64,000 nt of DNA from an uncultured Saprospiraceae bacterium (GTDB lineage: Bacteria; Bacteroidota; Bacteroidia; Chitinophagales; Saprospiraceae). The position numbers and the translations under genes are program-made. Position 1 is the stretch's first letter. Every line of letters starts with the position of its first letter. The notes under the pieces were generated by a model. That model saw only the letters and a list, made by a program, of their open reading frames with translations, was not told the origin of the DNA and ran no database searches. Positions 46,353 to 56,463 of the stretch are shown here, piece after piece. Location: the NCBI GenBank assembly GCA_938022165.1, contig CALIEI010000053.1, positions 2,111 through 66,110 on the forward strand, read 5' to 3'.

Positions 46353-49223
46353 CTAAGACTGGATCTCTTTTCCTTCAGCCTTTAGCTGGTAAGGATCTGG
46401 AGATTTCCACTTGTAAGAATTTAAAGCATTATAGATTACAGTATGTATCCTACCTCTGTACTTATCCTTGAACAATTTTCTATTTTCAATGCTTGGATGG
46501 ATTCTATTAGATAAAAAGATGTAAATCAATTCTGTTTCTGGATCTACCCAAACACAAGTACCTGTGAATCCAGAATGTCCGTAGGTCGCTTTGCTAGCCT
46601 TTGGGCTACATGACTCGGTATACTTTCCGCGTGGCTTATCAAAACCATAGCCTCGTCGGCTGTAATAGGGAGGCGTTACAAATTGCTCCACTGTAGATGC
46701 TTCAAGAAATTGTTCGCCGCCGTAGGAGCCTCCATTTAGCAACATTTGAAAAACATAAGCTAAGTCCTCAGAATTGCTAAATAGTCCAGCAGAACCAGCG
46801 ATTCCTCCTTGTAGTGCTGCCGCTTCATCATGCACATAACCATGAATTACTTGCTTACGCCATTTTTTGTCAAATTCTGTAGGTGCAATCTTAGTAATGG
46901 GATGTTTCTCAATCGGATTATAGCCTAAATTCCTAAGCCCTATTTTATCATAGAACTTATTGTATAAGTAGTCATCTATTTTTTGTCCTCCTTGCTTTTC
47001 AACAACCTTGTGGAGTAAGTTGAAGTTCACATCACTGTATCTGTATTTAGATTTTTTATACGGTTTGAGGCTATACACCTTATCCCATAATAAGTCTACT
47101 TGCTTAGCATTGGTATAAAAGTTTTTTGCTACAGCTTGAGAATGTTCTGGAGTTTTGGTGTAGCAATACTTGTCACTGCAAGATTCCATTAAGCTATCTT
47201 GCACCTCCACAAAGTCAGAGATAGGCATATTGGGTTGCAAATTGGACCTATGAAGTAGCAAGTCTCTTAGATAAATATTCCTTATTCTTGATCGACTATC
47301 TAAATCTAATAGATTTTTCATTCTATCTTTAAAACCAATCTTTTCTTCTTCTATTAATTTCATTGTCGCCAAAGTAGTACCTGCAACCTTGGTTACACTA
47401 GCTATATCGTATAGATTCTCTGTATTGATAGGGAATGCCTTTTCATAAGTCTGATATCCAAATCCTTTAGAATAAATAATATTACCTGATTTGGCAACTA
47501 ATACTTGACAACCTGGAATGGCCTCTTTGTCAATAGCAGTATTCACTATGGCATCTATACCAACCAAGTCCGTTGGGTCGATTCCAACTTCTCTAGGGTC
47601 GGCATATTTCAATCTAATTTTATGAACCTTATGTTCGTTGGTCGGAATAATAAAATCGTTGACTGCAAAATCAAGACTTGCCTTACCATTAAATCCACCA
47701 AAAGCCAATTGAGCAGCCGCAGACTGTGCATATTGATCTAGATCGAAGCTTTGCATGCTGGCTACATGAGACTTAAATGAGGCTAAGTATCGCGGGTCTC
47801 CAAAATTGACTACTAGAGAATTTACATTTTTCGTCGCATTTAACTTGTCCTCAAGCTCTATTCTTTCGGCGTCTGATAAAATAGATCCATCATAAAGGTA
47901 AACATTCGTTGTTCCAATGTCTTCTGATAAACTTGATAAATCTAATACTTCATTTACGTGATCGTACCTTTGAAACACCGCAGCGTCAGCATATTTTTTA
48001 AATGTTGCAGTAAATACTCTTGCATCAAATTTTGTCAGGTTCTGGATAGTAAATTTTTCTTGTTTAATTTTTCGAAATGGAATTAGAGAAGTCGGGTTAT
48101 GTGTAAGCACCACCGCATTTTCTTGAAGAGATCTTACAAGAAAATCATACTCTTCATAGTGAGTCAAATAATTAGCTGCCTCGACGTCCATTTTTATAGC
48201 ACCTTTATTTCTGCTAATCCAATTTTTAGTCTTGAGGATACGCGCTACCTTTTCATCTAATACCACATCTGTTAGAACTCCATCCTGATAAAGCTCTCTC
48301 AATTTAGCCGTTTGCTTTCTTACATCTTTTACCAAAATAAGATCTATACCAGTATGCAATAATTTTTTAATACTACTGTTACTCACTCCTGAAATAAGCA
48401 AGCCATTGTAGTCATAATTTTGATGAAGATGAGATTTAAGAAACTCATACGATTGATCAAATACGCTTTGATCAAGGAAGAAATCTTCACCAATCATCAA
48501 ACCTGAGTATCCAATATTATCCAGTAATTCTAGCATGACCAAATCTGGATGATTAGCGAGCGTATCTTTACTTGGATCATAAAATTGATTCAAATTATTA
48601 GCCACACAGAATGTACCTGTATTCCTCAGTCTATTGATATGCTTTTTAGCTTGATAAACTAATTTCTCTTTATCTCCGCAAAAGTTATTTTTATCAAATT
48701 TTGTTTCCTGATTAGTCACATTGATATTTGGCCCAATTGCAAAATCAAAATTAAACGCCGTAAGTTGCTGCTTGAATATATGCTCAGTTTCGCTCACTAG
48801 ACTATCATTGCTAGACGAATTCAATGCACTTAAACTAGGAAAGTTAACCGTATTGCTAAATTGATTATTGATGCTCACGTTTTCACGAGTACCATGTAAA
48901 AATCTCTTTTCACTAAACGCATTGCAGTTATCTATGATCCGCATATACTGGATAGCATCCGTATTCGATAGGATGGTACCGCTAATCAGATTTTCTTTTA
49001 CGAAAGTATAAATGCTGTCTTCTGTACATTGTGGGTGAAGCTCCGTGTCTAGGATTAGGAGTTGTCCTAGCTTTTCTTCTACCGTCATGCCTCCGACTAG
49101 AGATTGAATTTCTTTGTCCTCTATGGTAGCATATGGATTAGGCGTATTCATGCTTGATTGCTCTATATCGCAGCGCAATAATAGGAGCATTACCAAACAA
49201 AAATATGCCGAAATTCTAGTCAA
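46353..49223 (-). CDS. fusion protein: GH3-like (NagZ-type) N-terminal region + class C beta-lactamase-like serine hydrolase C-terminal domain
   Basis: N-terminus: KLGQLLILD, typical of the GH3 lead-in. C-terminus: SxxK IASVTKVAG, Y-x-N YSDVNFN, H-x-G YGHSGFTGT. TTG start at 49223. Confidence 0.75.
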   Translation of the reverse strand: MTRISAYFCLVMLLLLRCDIEQSSMNTPNPYATIEDKEIQSLVGGMTVEEKLGQLLILDTELHPQCTEDSIYTFVKENLISGTILSNTDAIQYMRIIDNCNAFSEKRFLHGTRENVSINNQFSNTVNFPSLSALNSSSNDSLVSETEHIFKQQLTAFNFDFAIGPNINVTNQETKFDKNNFCGDKEKLVYQAKKHINRLRNTGTFCVANNLNQFYDPSKDTLANHPDLVMLELLDNIGYSGLMIGEDFFLDQSVFDQSYEFLKSHLHQNYDYNGLLISGVSNSSIKKLLHTGIDLILVKDVRKQTAKLRELYQDGVLTDVVLDEKVARILKTKNWISRNKGAIKMDVEAANYLTHYEEYDFLVRSLQENAVVLTHNPTSLIPFRKIKQEKFTIQNLTKFDARVFTATFKKYADAAVFQRYDHVNEVLDLSSLSEDIGTTNVYLYDGSILSDAERIELEDKLNATKNVNSLVVNFGDPRYLASFKSHVASMQSFDLDQYAQSAAAQLAFGGFNGKASLDFAVNDFIIPTNEHKVHKIRLKYADPREVGIDPTDLVGIDAIVNTAIDKEAIPGCQVLVAKSGNIIYSKGFGYQTYEKAFPINTENLYDIASVTKVAGTTLATMKLIEEEKIGFKDRMKNLLDLDSRSRIRNIYLRDLLLHRSNLQPNMPISDFVEVQDSLMESCSDKYCYTKTPEHSQAVAKNFYTNAKQVDLLWDKVYSLKPYKKSKYRYSDVNFNLLHKVVEKQGGQKIDDYLYNKFYDKIGLRNLGYNPIEKHPITKIAPTEFDKKWRKQVIHGYVHDEAAALQGGIAGSAGLFSNSEDLAYVFQMLLNGGSYGGEQFLEASTVEQFVTPPYYSRRGYGFDKPRGKYTESCSPKASKATYGHSGFTGTCVWVDPETELIYIFLSNRIHPSIENRKLFKDKYRGRIHTVIYNALNSYKWKSPDPYQLKAEGKEIQS

Positions 49224-49687
49224 ATCTAAATAGATATATTATGAATATTTATATACGTTGTCACATCTCTTGTAGTTCTAGTTAATGCAATAAGATGACC
49301 AAAAAACTGTCAGACTTGGCTTTCAAAAAGATTACTTGCAAAAAAGCAGTCAATGACTAAAATTCAGTCAGCATTAACTTACTGTGATGGACAATCCTAA
49401 CACTGTGTTTGGTTTTATACTGATCTATTTTGGAGGCGCAGTAGATATTAGCGGGTAAAACCTGACTGGTATGCTACATAGTTAGAACGATATGTCTGAA
49501 GACATAGTTTTGCGAGGAATGTTAATGAGGTGACAAAGGGGGATTTACAAAATCAAACTTGCTAGCGAGATTTGAAATTATTAGTCAGCAGCAAAATAAT
49601 AGCTGGCATTTATCTTGAATAGATCCAAGAATAGATCATGAGGATAGCAGTCTTCCCCTAAATTAAAACATAGTAGAAAAAGGTATA

Positions 49688-50119
49688 CTAAATATACTTA
49701 GACTGGTTCTTTTCTAGAAGCACATCTTTCAGCTCTTTAAGTGCTGCATACTCAGAAGGAAGCGCTTTCTTAAAGATGTCTTTGATCCCAACGTAACCAC
49801 ACTTATCGAGATTTGGGATAGAGTTTTTAACCGCACTTTTGACAATGCGAATGTCTTGCTTGATAATTGCTTTTACCGATGGTATTTCATGCCAATCCGC
49901 TTCGACGGCACAAACCTGCTGAAGAGATCCATCCTGCTTTTGGATGGGATCCAACTCAATCATATTATCTTGAAAATCTGGACTAGAAGGATACTTGAGT
50001 AGTGTTTGAGGTACTTTGTACTTAGGTGTTTTTTCGCTATCATCGAGCTCTAAAAAGATCTCAAGACCTTTTTTGTTTACACGATAAATGATAACCCTTG
50101 CTTGATCGAAAACGCTCAT
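49688..50119 (-). CDS. hypothetical protein
   Basis: ORF with coding-like composition. The ATG at 50119 (MSVFDQARVIIYRV) is preferred over the track's TTG at 50152. No recognisable motif. Confidence 0.5.
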   Translation of the reverse strand: MSVFDQARVIIYRVNKKGLEIFLELDDSEKTPKYKVPQTLLKYPSSPDFQDNMIELDPIQKQDGSLQQVCAVEADWHEIPSVKAIIKQDIRIVKSAVKNSIPNLDKCGYVGIKDIFKKALPSEYAALKELKDVLLEKNQSKYI

Positions 50120-50265
50120 TCTCTCTGCGATTTGTTTAATTTTAAACCGCAATTTAAGAAAATGGTTGTCATTTTTAATGTCTTATTAGAAATTATATAC
50201 AAATCTCTATTTGTCAATGGATTACATCAAGTAATAGAGCAAACTCAGATCAAAAAAAACAAATG

Positions 50266-50706
50266 TTATAGCTTGTAAGTCTTACGTTTCTTCTTCTTTT
50301 TAAGCTTTTCACGCTCTTCTTCGCTCAAACCAGGGGCATTGGGATCAGCATTCAAGCCATTAGGATCTAAGTTATCCATATCAAAGTCTTCAAATAGGTG
50401 ATCAAAGCCATCCATATTCCCAAAGTCCAATTGCTGAAACTGCTCTTGCATCATTTTCATCATCTCTTGCATCATTTGATCTATCTCCCCCATTTCCATG
50501 TCAAAACCATTTCCAAATTGCTTGATGATCATAGTATCCATCATCATCCCTCCATCCATGTCTCCAAAACCAAAATTGCGGAACAACTCTTCCATTTCAC
50601 TAAATGGATCTGTAGGATTTATGGGCTGATTCGGCTCATCAGTTTGCGCTTGTAGTTGCAATGCAAGAAAACCGAATATTAGTATTGCGAATATCTTTAA
50701 CTTCAT
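50266..50706 (-). CDS. secreted Met/Asp/Phe-rich low-complexity protein with a poly-Lys tail
   Basis: Signal MKLKIFAILIFGFLALQLQAQ. Repeated FG..DMDG / FGNGFDME / FGNMDGFD motifs and MMQEMMKMMQEQ. Tail KLKKKKKRKTYKL. Its start overlaps the upstream stop (ATGA). Confidence 0.65.
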   Translation of the reverse strand: MKLKIFAILIFGFLALQLQAQTDEPNQPINPTDPFSEMEELFRNFGFGDMDGGMMMDTMIIKQFGNGFDMEMGEIDQMMQEMMKMMQEQFQQLDFGNMDGFDHLFEDFDMDNLDPNGLNADPNAPGLSEEEREKLKKKKKRKTYKL

Positions 50707-51314
50707 GATTTAGATAGTTTATCTACTAGAAAATAAAACGCTGTAGTTATCAAAATAATTTCTCCCTCAGCTGTTAAAGTATTATTAATCATATCAAATA
50801 CTCTTTTTGGAAAGGGAGAGTCAAAGGACAAATCATTGATTATACCTAGTTCTTTATCTTTATATATTACCCTACTATAACTACCTTCGCCACCATGGTT
50901 GATTCGTCCAGCCAATCTCTTTTTCATACTATAAAACTTATAGTCATCAGTCATAAAACCAATTTGCTGATCATTGAAATAACACTGAATAGACTTTGGG
51001 GTTTTGATATAAAGCAACTTATGATTAGCTGTATTCACAGCCATCATTTGTTTTAGCTTGCTGCTATTATAATTTTTCATTACAAAGGCTAGCATCGGTT
51101 CATCATAGATGGATACAAAAACGCCTTTGAGTTTATCGCCTCTATTGGATTTATTTGTGCAAGTGTAAGACAATAGATCTGCATCTTCCTTAGAGTATGG
51201 AATAAGCTCTGTTGATAATGCACTCACTTCTTCTAGGAGATCTATCTTCTCTTGCTCCAGCCTACTCTTACCGAAAGTGAAGTATTCTAATATTTTAAAA
51301 GGGTTGAAATCCAT
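50703..51314 (-). CDS. hypothetical protein (203 aa)
   Basis: ORF with coding-like composition, translationally coupled to the downstream Met-rich protein. No recognisable motif. Confidence 0.55.
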   Translation of the reverse strand: MDFNPFKILEYFTFGKSRLEQEKIDLLEEVSALSTELIPYSKEDADLLSYTCTNKSNRGDKLKGVFVSIYDEPMLAFVMKNYNSSKLKQMMAVNTANHKLLYIKTPKSIQCYFNDQQIGFMTDDYKFYSMKKRLAGRINHGGEGSYSRVIYKDKELGIINDLSFDSPFPKRVFDMINNTLTAEGEIILITTAFYFLVDKLSKS

Positions 51315-51360
51315 TCTTTACAATACAATTTTTCCCAAATTATACTTAATTGCTAGAAAT

Positions 51361-51390
51361 AAAAAAAGACTGGAACAAAAATTCCAGTCT
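51361..51390 (-). terminator. intrinsic terminator of rpoD
   Basis: On the minus strand: AGACTGGAA-loop-TTCCAGTCT followed by T7, about 30 nt after the rpoD stop. Confidence 0.8.
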
Positions 51391-51420
51391 TTCTTTATAC
51401 TATATATTTTAATATCAAAT

Positions 51421-52287
51421 TTATCCTAAGTAAGATTTCAGCTGCTTACTATTGTAAGATTTTCTCAATCTGCGAATAGCTCTTTCTTTTATCTGTCTTA
51501 CTCGCTCTCTAGTAAGGCCATACATCTCTCCGATCTCTTCCAATGTCAAAGACTTGTGTCCTTTCAAACCGTAGTACGAACTAATGACATTGACCTCTCT
51601 AGGTGACAAAATAGCTAAACCATGATCTACCTCATCTTTCAATGACTGTTCCATCAACTTTAGATCCGGACTACCCTCATCACCTTGAGAAATTAGATCA
51701 AGCATAGTAGCGTCTCCGTCTTCACCGCTTATTGGTGCATCTACAGAAAGGTGTCTGCTATTTCCTTTGATCATGGTAGAAATCTCCTTTGGAGTCATGT
51801 CCAAAAGCTCTCCCAATTCTTCATGAGATGGTTCGCGTTCAAACTGTTGAACAAAGTTTAAGAACGCTTCATTAACCTTATTATATGAACCCACTTTGTT
51901 TAGTGGTAATCTTACTATTCTTGAGTATTCAACTATTGCCTGTAGGATAGATTGGCGAATCCACCAAACAGCATATGAAATAAACTTAAAACCTTTAGTC
52001 TCATCAAATCTAGTAGCTGCCTTCATCAGACCAACATTTCCCTCGTTGATCAAATCACTTAAACTTAATCCTTGATTTTGGTATTGCTTCGCTACAGATA
52101 CAACGAAACGGAGATTAGCTTCAGTTAACCTTTCCAAAGCATCATTATCACCAGCTTTGATACGACGAGCCATTTCTGCCTCTTCCTCGGCATTTAACAT
52201 GGTAATTTTACCAATGTCATTAAGATATTTGTCAAGAGCTAAACTTTCTCTCGAGGTTATCTTGTTTGTAATTTTCAACTGCCGCAT
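51421..52287 (-). CDS. rpoD: RNA polymerase primary sigma factor (Bacteroidota SigA/RpoD)
   Basis: Region 2 LINEGNVGLMKAATRFD..FISYAVWWIRQSI and region 4.2 LTLEEIGEMYGLTRERVRQIKERAIRRL. The 288-aa short form is typical of Bacteroidota. Confidence 0.95.
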   Translation of the reverse strand: MRQLKITNKITSRESLALDKYLNDIGKITMLNAEEEAEMARRIKAGDNDALERLTEANLRFVVSVAKQYQNQGLSLSDLINEGNVGLMKAATRFDETKGFKFISYAVWWIRQSILQAIVEYSRIVRLPLNKVGSYNKVNEAFLNFVQQFEREPSHEELGELLDMTPKEISTMIKGNSRHLSVDAPISGEDGDATMLDLISQGDEGSPDLKLMEQSLKDEVDHGLAILSPREVNVISSYYGLKGHKSLTLEEIGEMYGLTRERVRQIKERAIRRLRKSYNSKQLKSYLG

Positions 52288-52595
52288 ATGTAACTTAGAT
52301 TTATAGGTTTATTATCTCTTAATACGAATTATTCCGCATTTTAGTTTCTGCAAAAATCGAACCCACTTGACATTCCCAAATATTTAATGTATAGTCGGTG
52401 TACTATCAATACAATGCCCATAAATTAAAAGTTTCTTTTGATCAAGAGTTTTTAGGATTTTAACTACTTATTAAGCTTAATACTCGACCAACTGACCGTT
52501 TCCTTAACAAAACAGCACGTTCCCAAACTCATTCGCATAATCTTAATGGAATCATTCTGCTCATATTTCATTAAGAACTTTAATCAGATATTAAC

Positions 52596-52638
52596 AAAAA
52601 AAAGAGCAGACCTAAATGAATAGATCTGCTCTTTTTTA
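52596..52638 (-). terminator. intrinsic terminator after pnp (A/T-flanked hairpin)
   Basis: AGAGCAGA..TCTGCTCT stem flanked by A8 and T6 runs, about 20 nt after the pnp stop. Confidence 0.7.
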
Positions 52639-52656
52639 CTTTGTATAGCTAAATAA

Positions 52657-54798
52657 CTATGCGATCGGAGAACCGTCTTTTTGCAATAAAGCTTTCCTCG
52701 ATAATCTATACTTTCCCGTCTTCTTATCGATTCCTACTAGTTTCACTTTCACATCGTCACCTTCAGTGAATACGTCAGCGACGTTTTCAACTCTGGTATG
52801 TGAAATCTCAGAAACGTGTAATAATCCACTTTGACCCATAAAGTCAACGAATACACCATAAGTTTGTACTGAAGCTACTTTAGCATCATATACATCTCCC
52901 ACTTCTGGTTGGTAAGTGATCTTCTTGATAGTTGCCAATGCAGCATCGATATCATCCTTGTTAGAACTAGAGATTGTAACTACCCCTTGTTCATCAACTT
53001 CTTCGATATTGATAACTGTATTCGTTTCTTTCTGAAGCTCTTGGATTACCTTACCACCTGGCCCGATAACCGCTCCGATAAACTTCTTAGCGATTTTTAT
53101 CTCCACCATTCTAGGTGCATGTGGCTTATAATCAGCGTTTGGCTCAGCTAAGGTCTTATTCATCTCATCCAAGATGTGAAGTCTACCTACTTTCGCTTGA
53201 TCCAATGCTTTTTGTAGTATCTCATATGGAAGTCCATCCACTTTGATATCCATTTGGCAAGCAACTATACCATTCTTAGTACCTGTTACTTTAAAATCCA
53301 TATCCCCTACAGCATCCTCGTCTCCTAATATATCTGAAAGGATTGCATTTCTAGTACCATCTGATACCATACCCATTGCTATTCCAGATACACCACCTGA
53401 TACAGGAACCCCTGCATCCATTAGTGCCAGCGAACCAGCACAAACAGTAGCCATTGAAGAAGAACCGTTTGATTCTAAAATATCAGAAACAATTCTTACT
53501 GTATAAGGATATTCTTTAGGCATAACCTTTTTGATAGAACGACCCGCCAAGTTAGCGTGACCAACTTCACGACGACCAGGACCTCTCATCATTTTCACCT
53601 CACCTACTGAAAGCGCAGGGAAATTATAATGTAGGATAAATGGTTCGTAGTGATTGTCCAAAGCAGTATCTATCATCAACTGATCCGTCTTGGTACCAAG
53701 TGTCATAGAAGTAAGTGCTTGCGTCTCTCCTCTGGTAAATATCGCCGAGCCGTGTGCAGATGGCAAATAATTCACTTCAGTCCAGATGTTTCTTACTTCA
53801 TCCAACTTACGACCATCTAGTCTTATATTTTCAGCCATCACCATTTCACGAATGGTTTCTTTTTGTAGCTTATTATAGTATTCTTTATAGAAGTGCATAT
53901 TCTCTTCCAAGTGCTCTTCGTCGAATGCTTCTTCCAAAGCAGCCTTCATTTCATCCTTGATTGCAGAGAATGCATTCTTTCTATCTAGCTTGTTGTGCGC
54001 ACCTTTACATACTGCATATATCTTATCATGTGCGAATGACTTCACCCATGCTTTAGCTTCTTCATTTTGTGGAGCAGCTTCTACTTCACGCTTCACTGTT
54101 GCTTTTTCACCTACTTTTTGAGCAAGATCCAGTTGTGCTTGACACTGCACTTTGATCGCCTCATGACCATATTTGATAGCTTCGATTAGATCCGCTTCAG
54201 TTACTTCATTCATCTCTCCTTCTACCATCATCACGTTGTCCAAAGTGGCTGCAAGGATAATATCTAGATCAGCAGTAGCTAGTTCAGCTCTACCCGGATT
54301 GATTTTTAGTTCTCCATTTATTTTTGCCACCCTAACTTCAGAGATAGGACCTGCAAAAGGAATATTAGATACAGCTAGTGCAGAAGAAGCAGCCAATGCA
54401 GCTAATGCATCTGGCATAACGTCTGCTTCAGCAGATATCAGGTTAATGATAACCTGAGTTTCATTCATATATCCATCAGGGAATAAAGGTCTAAGCGCTC
54501 TATCCACCAATCTTGATACAAGGATTTCATATTCTGAAAGTCGAGCTTCTCTTCTGAAAAAGTTTCCTGGAATTTTTCCAGCAGCCGCAAATTTTTCTTG
54601 ATAGTCTACTGAAAGCGGGAAGAAGGATTGACCCGGTTTTGGTTCGTAGGCACTTACCACTGATGCAAATACCATGGTATCACCCATTCTGATGACTACT
54701 GATCCGTGAGCTTGTTCTGCTAACTTGCCAGTTTCGATGGTTACCTCTCTCCCATCAGGTAGGTTAAACGAGGTAGTAGTTGGAATCTTTTGACCCAT
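52657..54798 (-). CDS. pnp: polyribonucleotide nucleotidyltransferase (PNPase)
   Basis: Two RNase PH-like domains (ESNGSSSMATVCAGSLALMDAGVP). KH domain (IGAVIGPGGKVIQELQ). S1 domain (VGDVYDAKVASVQTYGVFVDF). 713 aa. Confidence 0.97.
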   Translation of the reverse strand: MGQKIPTTTSFNLPDGREVTIETGKLAEQAHGSVVIRMGDTMVFASVVSAYEPKPGQSFFPLSVDYQEKFAAAGKIPGNFFRREARLSEYEILVSRLVDRALRPLFPDGYMNETQVIINLISAEADVMPDALAALAASSALAVSNIPFAGPISEVRVAKINGELKINPGRAELATADLDIILAATLDNVMMVEGEMNEVTEADLIEAIKYGHEAIKVQCQAQLDLAQKVGEKATVKREVEAAPQNEEAKAWVKSFAHDKIYAVCKGAHNKLDRKNAFSAIKDEMKAALEEAFDEEHLEENMHFYKEYYNKLQKETIREMVMAENIRLDGRKLDEVRNIWTEVNYLPSAHGSAIFTRGETQALTSMTLGTKTDQLMIDTALDNHYEPFILHYNFPALSVGEVKMMRGPGRREVGHANLAGRSIKKVMPKEYPYTVRIVSDILESNGSSSMATVCAGSLALMDAGVPVSGGVSGIAMGMVSDGTRNAILSDILGDEDAVGDMDFKVTGTKNGIVACQMDIKVDGLPYEILQKALDQAKVGRLHILDEMNKTLAEPNADYKPHAPRMVEIKIAKKFIGAVIGPGGKVIQELQKETNTVINIEEVDEQGVVTISSSNKDDIDAALATIKKITYQPEVGDVYDAKVASVQTYGVFVDFMGQSGLLHVSEISHTRVENVADVFTEGDDVKVKLVGIDKKTGKYRLSRKALLQKDGSPIA

Positions 54799-54904
54799 TC
54801 GTTTTTCGATTTAATTATTGATTATCTAATATATTCGCACCTTTCAATATGAACTTTTTCACCAAAAGGATTTTTAATTTTTACCTAAACATACAAATAG
54901 CAAA

Positions 54905-54937
54905 TTATTCTCTAGAACACCAAGGTCTAGAGAATAA
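54905..54937 (-). promoter_or_regulatory. rpsO-pnp intergenic hairpin (candidate rpsO terminator / pnp leader processing structure)
   Basis: 12-bp stem TTATTCTCTAGA / TCTAGAGAATAA, lying between the rpsO stop (55025) and the pnp start (54798). The role is inferred by analogy with enterobacterial rpsO-pnp. Confidence 0.5.
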
Positions 54938-55024
54938 CTAGCATTATTGTCTCTTTAGTCTTTGTTATCTAGAATATGTAAACGGAAAGAATTCAGAATG
55001 TTTACACAATTCAGGAAAACAGCT

Positions 55025-55300
55025 TTATTTTCTGATACCAAGCTTTTCAATCAGACCTCTATATAGGTTGATATCTCGCTTTGCAAGATATTGAAGAAGT
55101 CTTTTACGCTTACCTACCATAGTAAGTAGCGCTCTTTTACATGAAAAGTCTTTCTTGTTTTCACGTAGGTGGTCAGAGAGTGCTTTGATTCTGAAGGTTA
55201 ATACAGCTACTTGTCCTTCGATGGACCCTGTATTTTTTTCACTACCTCCATATTCTTTGAAGATTTCCTCTCTTTTTTCTTTTGTTAAATAAACAGCCAT
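55025..55300 (-). CDS. rpsO: 30S ribosomal protein S15
   Basis: 91 aa. GSIEGQVAVLTFRIKALSDHLRENKKDFSCKRALLTMVGKRKRLLQYL matches the S15 helical signature. Confidence 0.97.
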   Translation of the reverse strand: MAVYLTKEKREEIFKEYGGSEKNTGSIEGQVAVLTFRIKALSDHLRENKKDFSCKRALLTMVGKRKRLLQYLAKRDINLYRGLIEKLGIRK

Positions 55301-55350
55301 TTTTTTTAAGTTTTACCGTTAGTAATCACTGAGATCAGTTACAGCGGCTG

Positions 55351-55381
55351 CAAATATATGCCTAATTTCCCTATTTCTCAA
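55351..55381 (-). promoter_or_regulatory. Bacteroidota-type promoter for rpsO (-33 TTG, -7 TATATTTG)
   Basis: On the minus strand, TTG (55379-55381), 20 nt of spacer, then TATATTTG (55351-55358). This lies about 50 nt upstream of the ATG. Confidence 0.5.
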
Positions 55382-55425
55382 TATTTGCTAAGTATTTCGG
55401 GCTTATAGTCTTCTTTTATCATATG

Positions 55426-56193
55426 TTACTTCGTCTTTGCCTCATCCCATAGCGCATCCATTTCGGCTAAGCTCATCTCTTCCAGCGCTTTAGATGCATT
55501 TTTCTCGATATATTCAAATCTGGATTTGAATTTACGATTTGTCTTGGCGAGTGCCGTCTCAGGGTCAATCCCAGCAAATCGAGCATAATTGACCAAGGAA
55601 AACAATACATCTCCAAATTCATCTTCCTTTCTTTCTATACTTTCCGCCTCAGAGATCGTTTCGTGTAGCTCCCCTACTTCCTCTTTAACCTTTTCCCAAA
55701 CCTGGTCGATATTTTCCCATTCGAAGCCCACCTGCGCCGTCTTATCTTGCATACGATACGCCTTCACCAGTGCAGGTAGAGAATTAGGTACTCCAGATAA
55801 GACAGATTTCTTACCTTCTTTTTTCTTTAGCTGTTCCCAATTCTTCTTCACCTCTTCCGCATCCTTCACCTCTGTATCTCCATATATATGTGGATGTCTG
55901 CGGATTAGCTTCTCACAGCAGAAGTTGATACTATCCGCCACATCAAATAGCTTCTGCTCCTCTGCTATTTTCGAATAAAACACCAGATGCAGCATAATAT
56001 CGCCTATTTCCCCCTTCATCTCCTCATAGTCTTTCTCTAAGATAGCATCCGTCAGCTCGTAGGTCTCCTCTATGGTCAAGTTTCGCAGACTCTCGAAGGT
56101 TTGCTTACGATCCCATGGGCACTTTTCGCGCAGTTCATCCATTATATCTAATAGCCTCCCAAAAGCTTTTAATTTCGTATCTTTGTCATTCAT
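55426..56193 (-). CDS. mazG: nucleoside triphosphate pyrophosphohydrolase MazG
   Basis: Tandem MazG domains: EETYELTDAI..EIGDIMLHL and EEVGELHETI..EFGDVLFSLVNYARF. Confidence 0.9.
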   Translation of the reverse strand: MNDKDTKLKAFGRLLDIMDELREKCPWDRKQTFESLRNLTIEETYELTDAILEKDYEEMKGEIGDIMLHLVFYSKIAEEQKLFDVADSINFCCEKLIRRHPHIYGDTEVKDAEEVKKNWEQLKKKEGKKSVLSGVPNSLPALVKAYRMQDKTAQVGFEWENIDQVWEKVKEEVGELHETISEAESIERKEDEFGDVLFSLVNYARFAGIDPETALAKTNRKFKSRFEYIEKNASKALEEMSLAEMDALWDEAKTK

Positions 56194-56268
56194 TACACGA
56201 TAGATTTATTAACCCAAAGGTAAACTGAATTCTATCGATTTACGTTATATGAGCAAAGACATTTAGTC

Positions 56269-56463
56269 ATGGAATTTTTATACGTTTTAGGAATTATCTT
56301 TTTTGTGTTCGGGATTTCATTCATCTTGATCAATCTACGTGGCGTAGTCAAAGGAGAAGACTTCAGAGGAACCTGCGCTACCAACAATCCTATGATCAAG
56401 AATAAGTTTGGCGACTGCAACGTGTGTGGCAAGACCGCCGACGAAGCATGCAAAATGCCTTAG
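56269..56463 (+). CDS. small membrane protein with a C-terminal Cys cluster (possibly NqrM-like)
   Basis: One TM helix (FLYVLGIIFFVFGISFILI), then RGTC..GDCNVCGK..EAC. The resemblance to the (Na+)-NQR maturation factor NqrM is from memory only. The antisense ORF 56232..56453 is rejected. Confidence 0.45.
   Translation: MEFLYVLGIIFFVFGISFILINLRGVVKGEDFRGTCATNNPMIKNKFGDCNVCGKTADEACKMP

Noticed and set aside
56232-56453. 73-aa minus-strand ORF overlapping the small Cys-cluster gene.
   Set aside because: The plus-strand ORF 56269..56463 has a clean TM helix plus a conserved-looking Cys cluster and sits divergent from mazG. The minus-strand translation has no such features.
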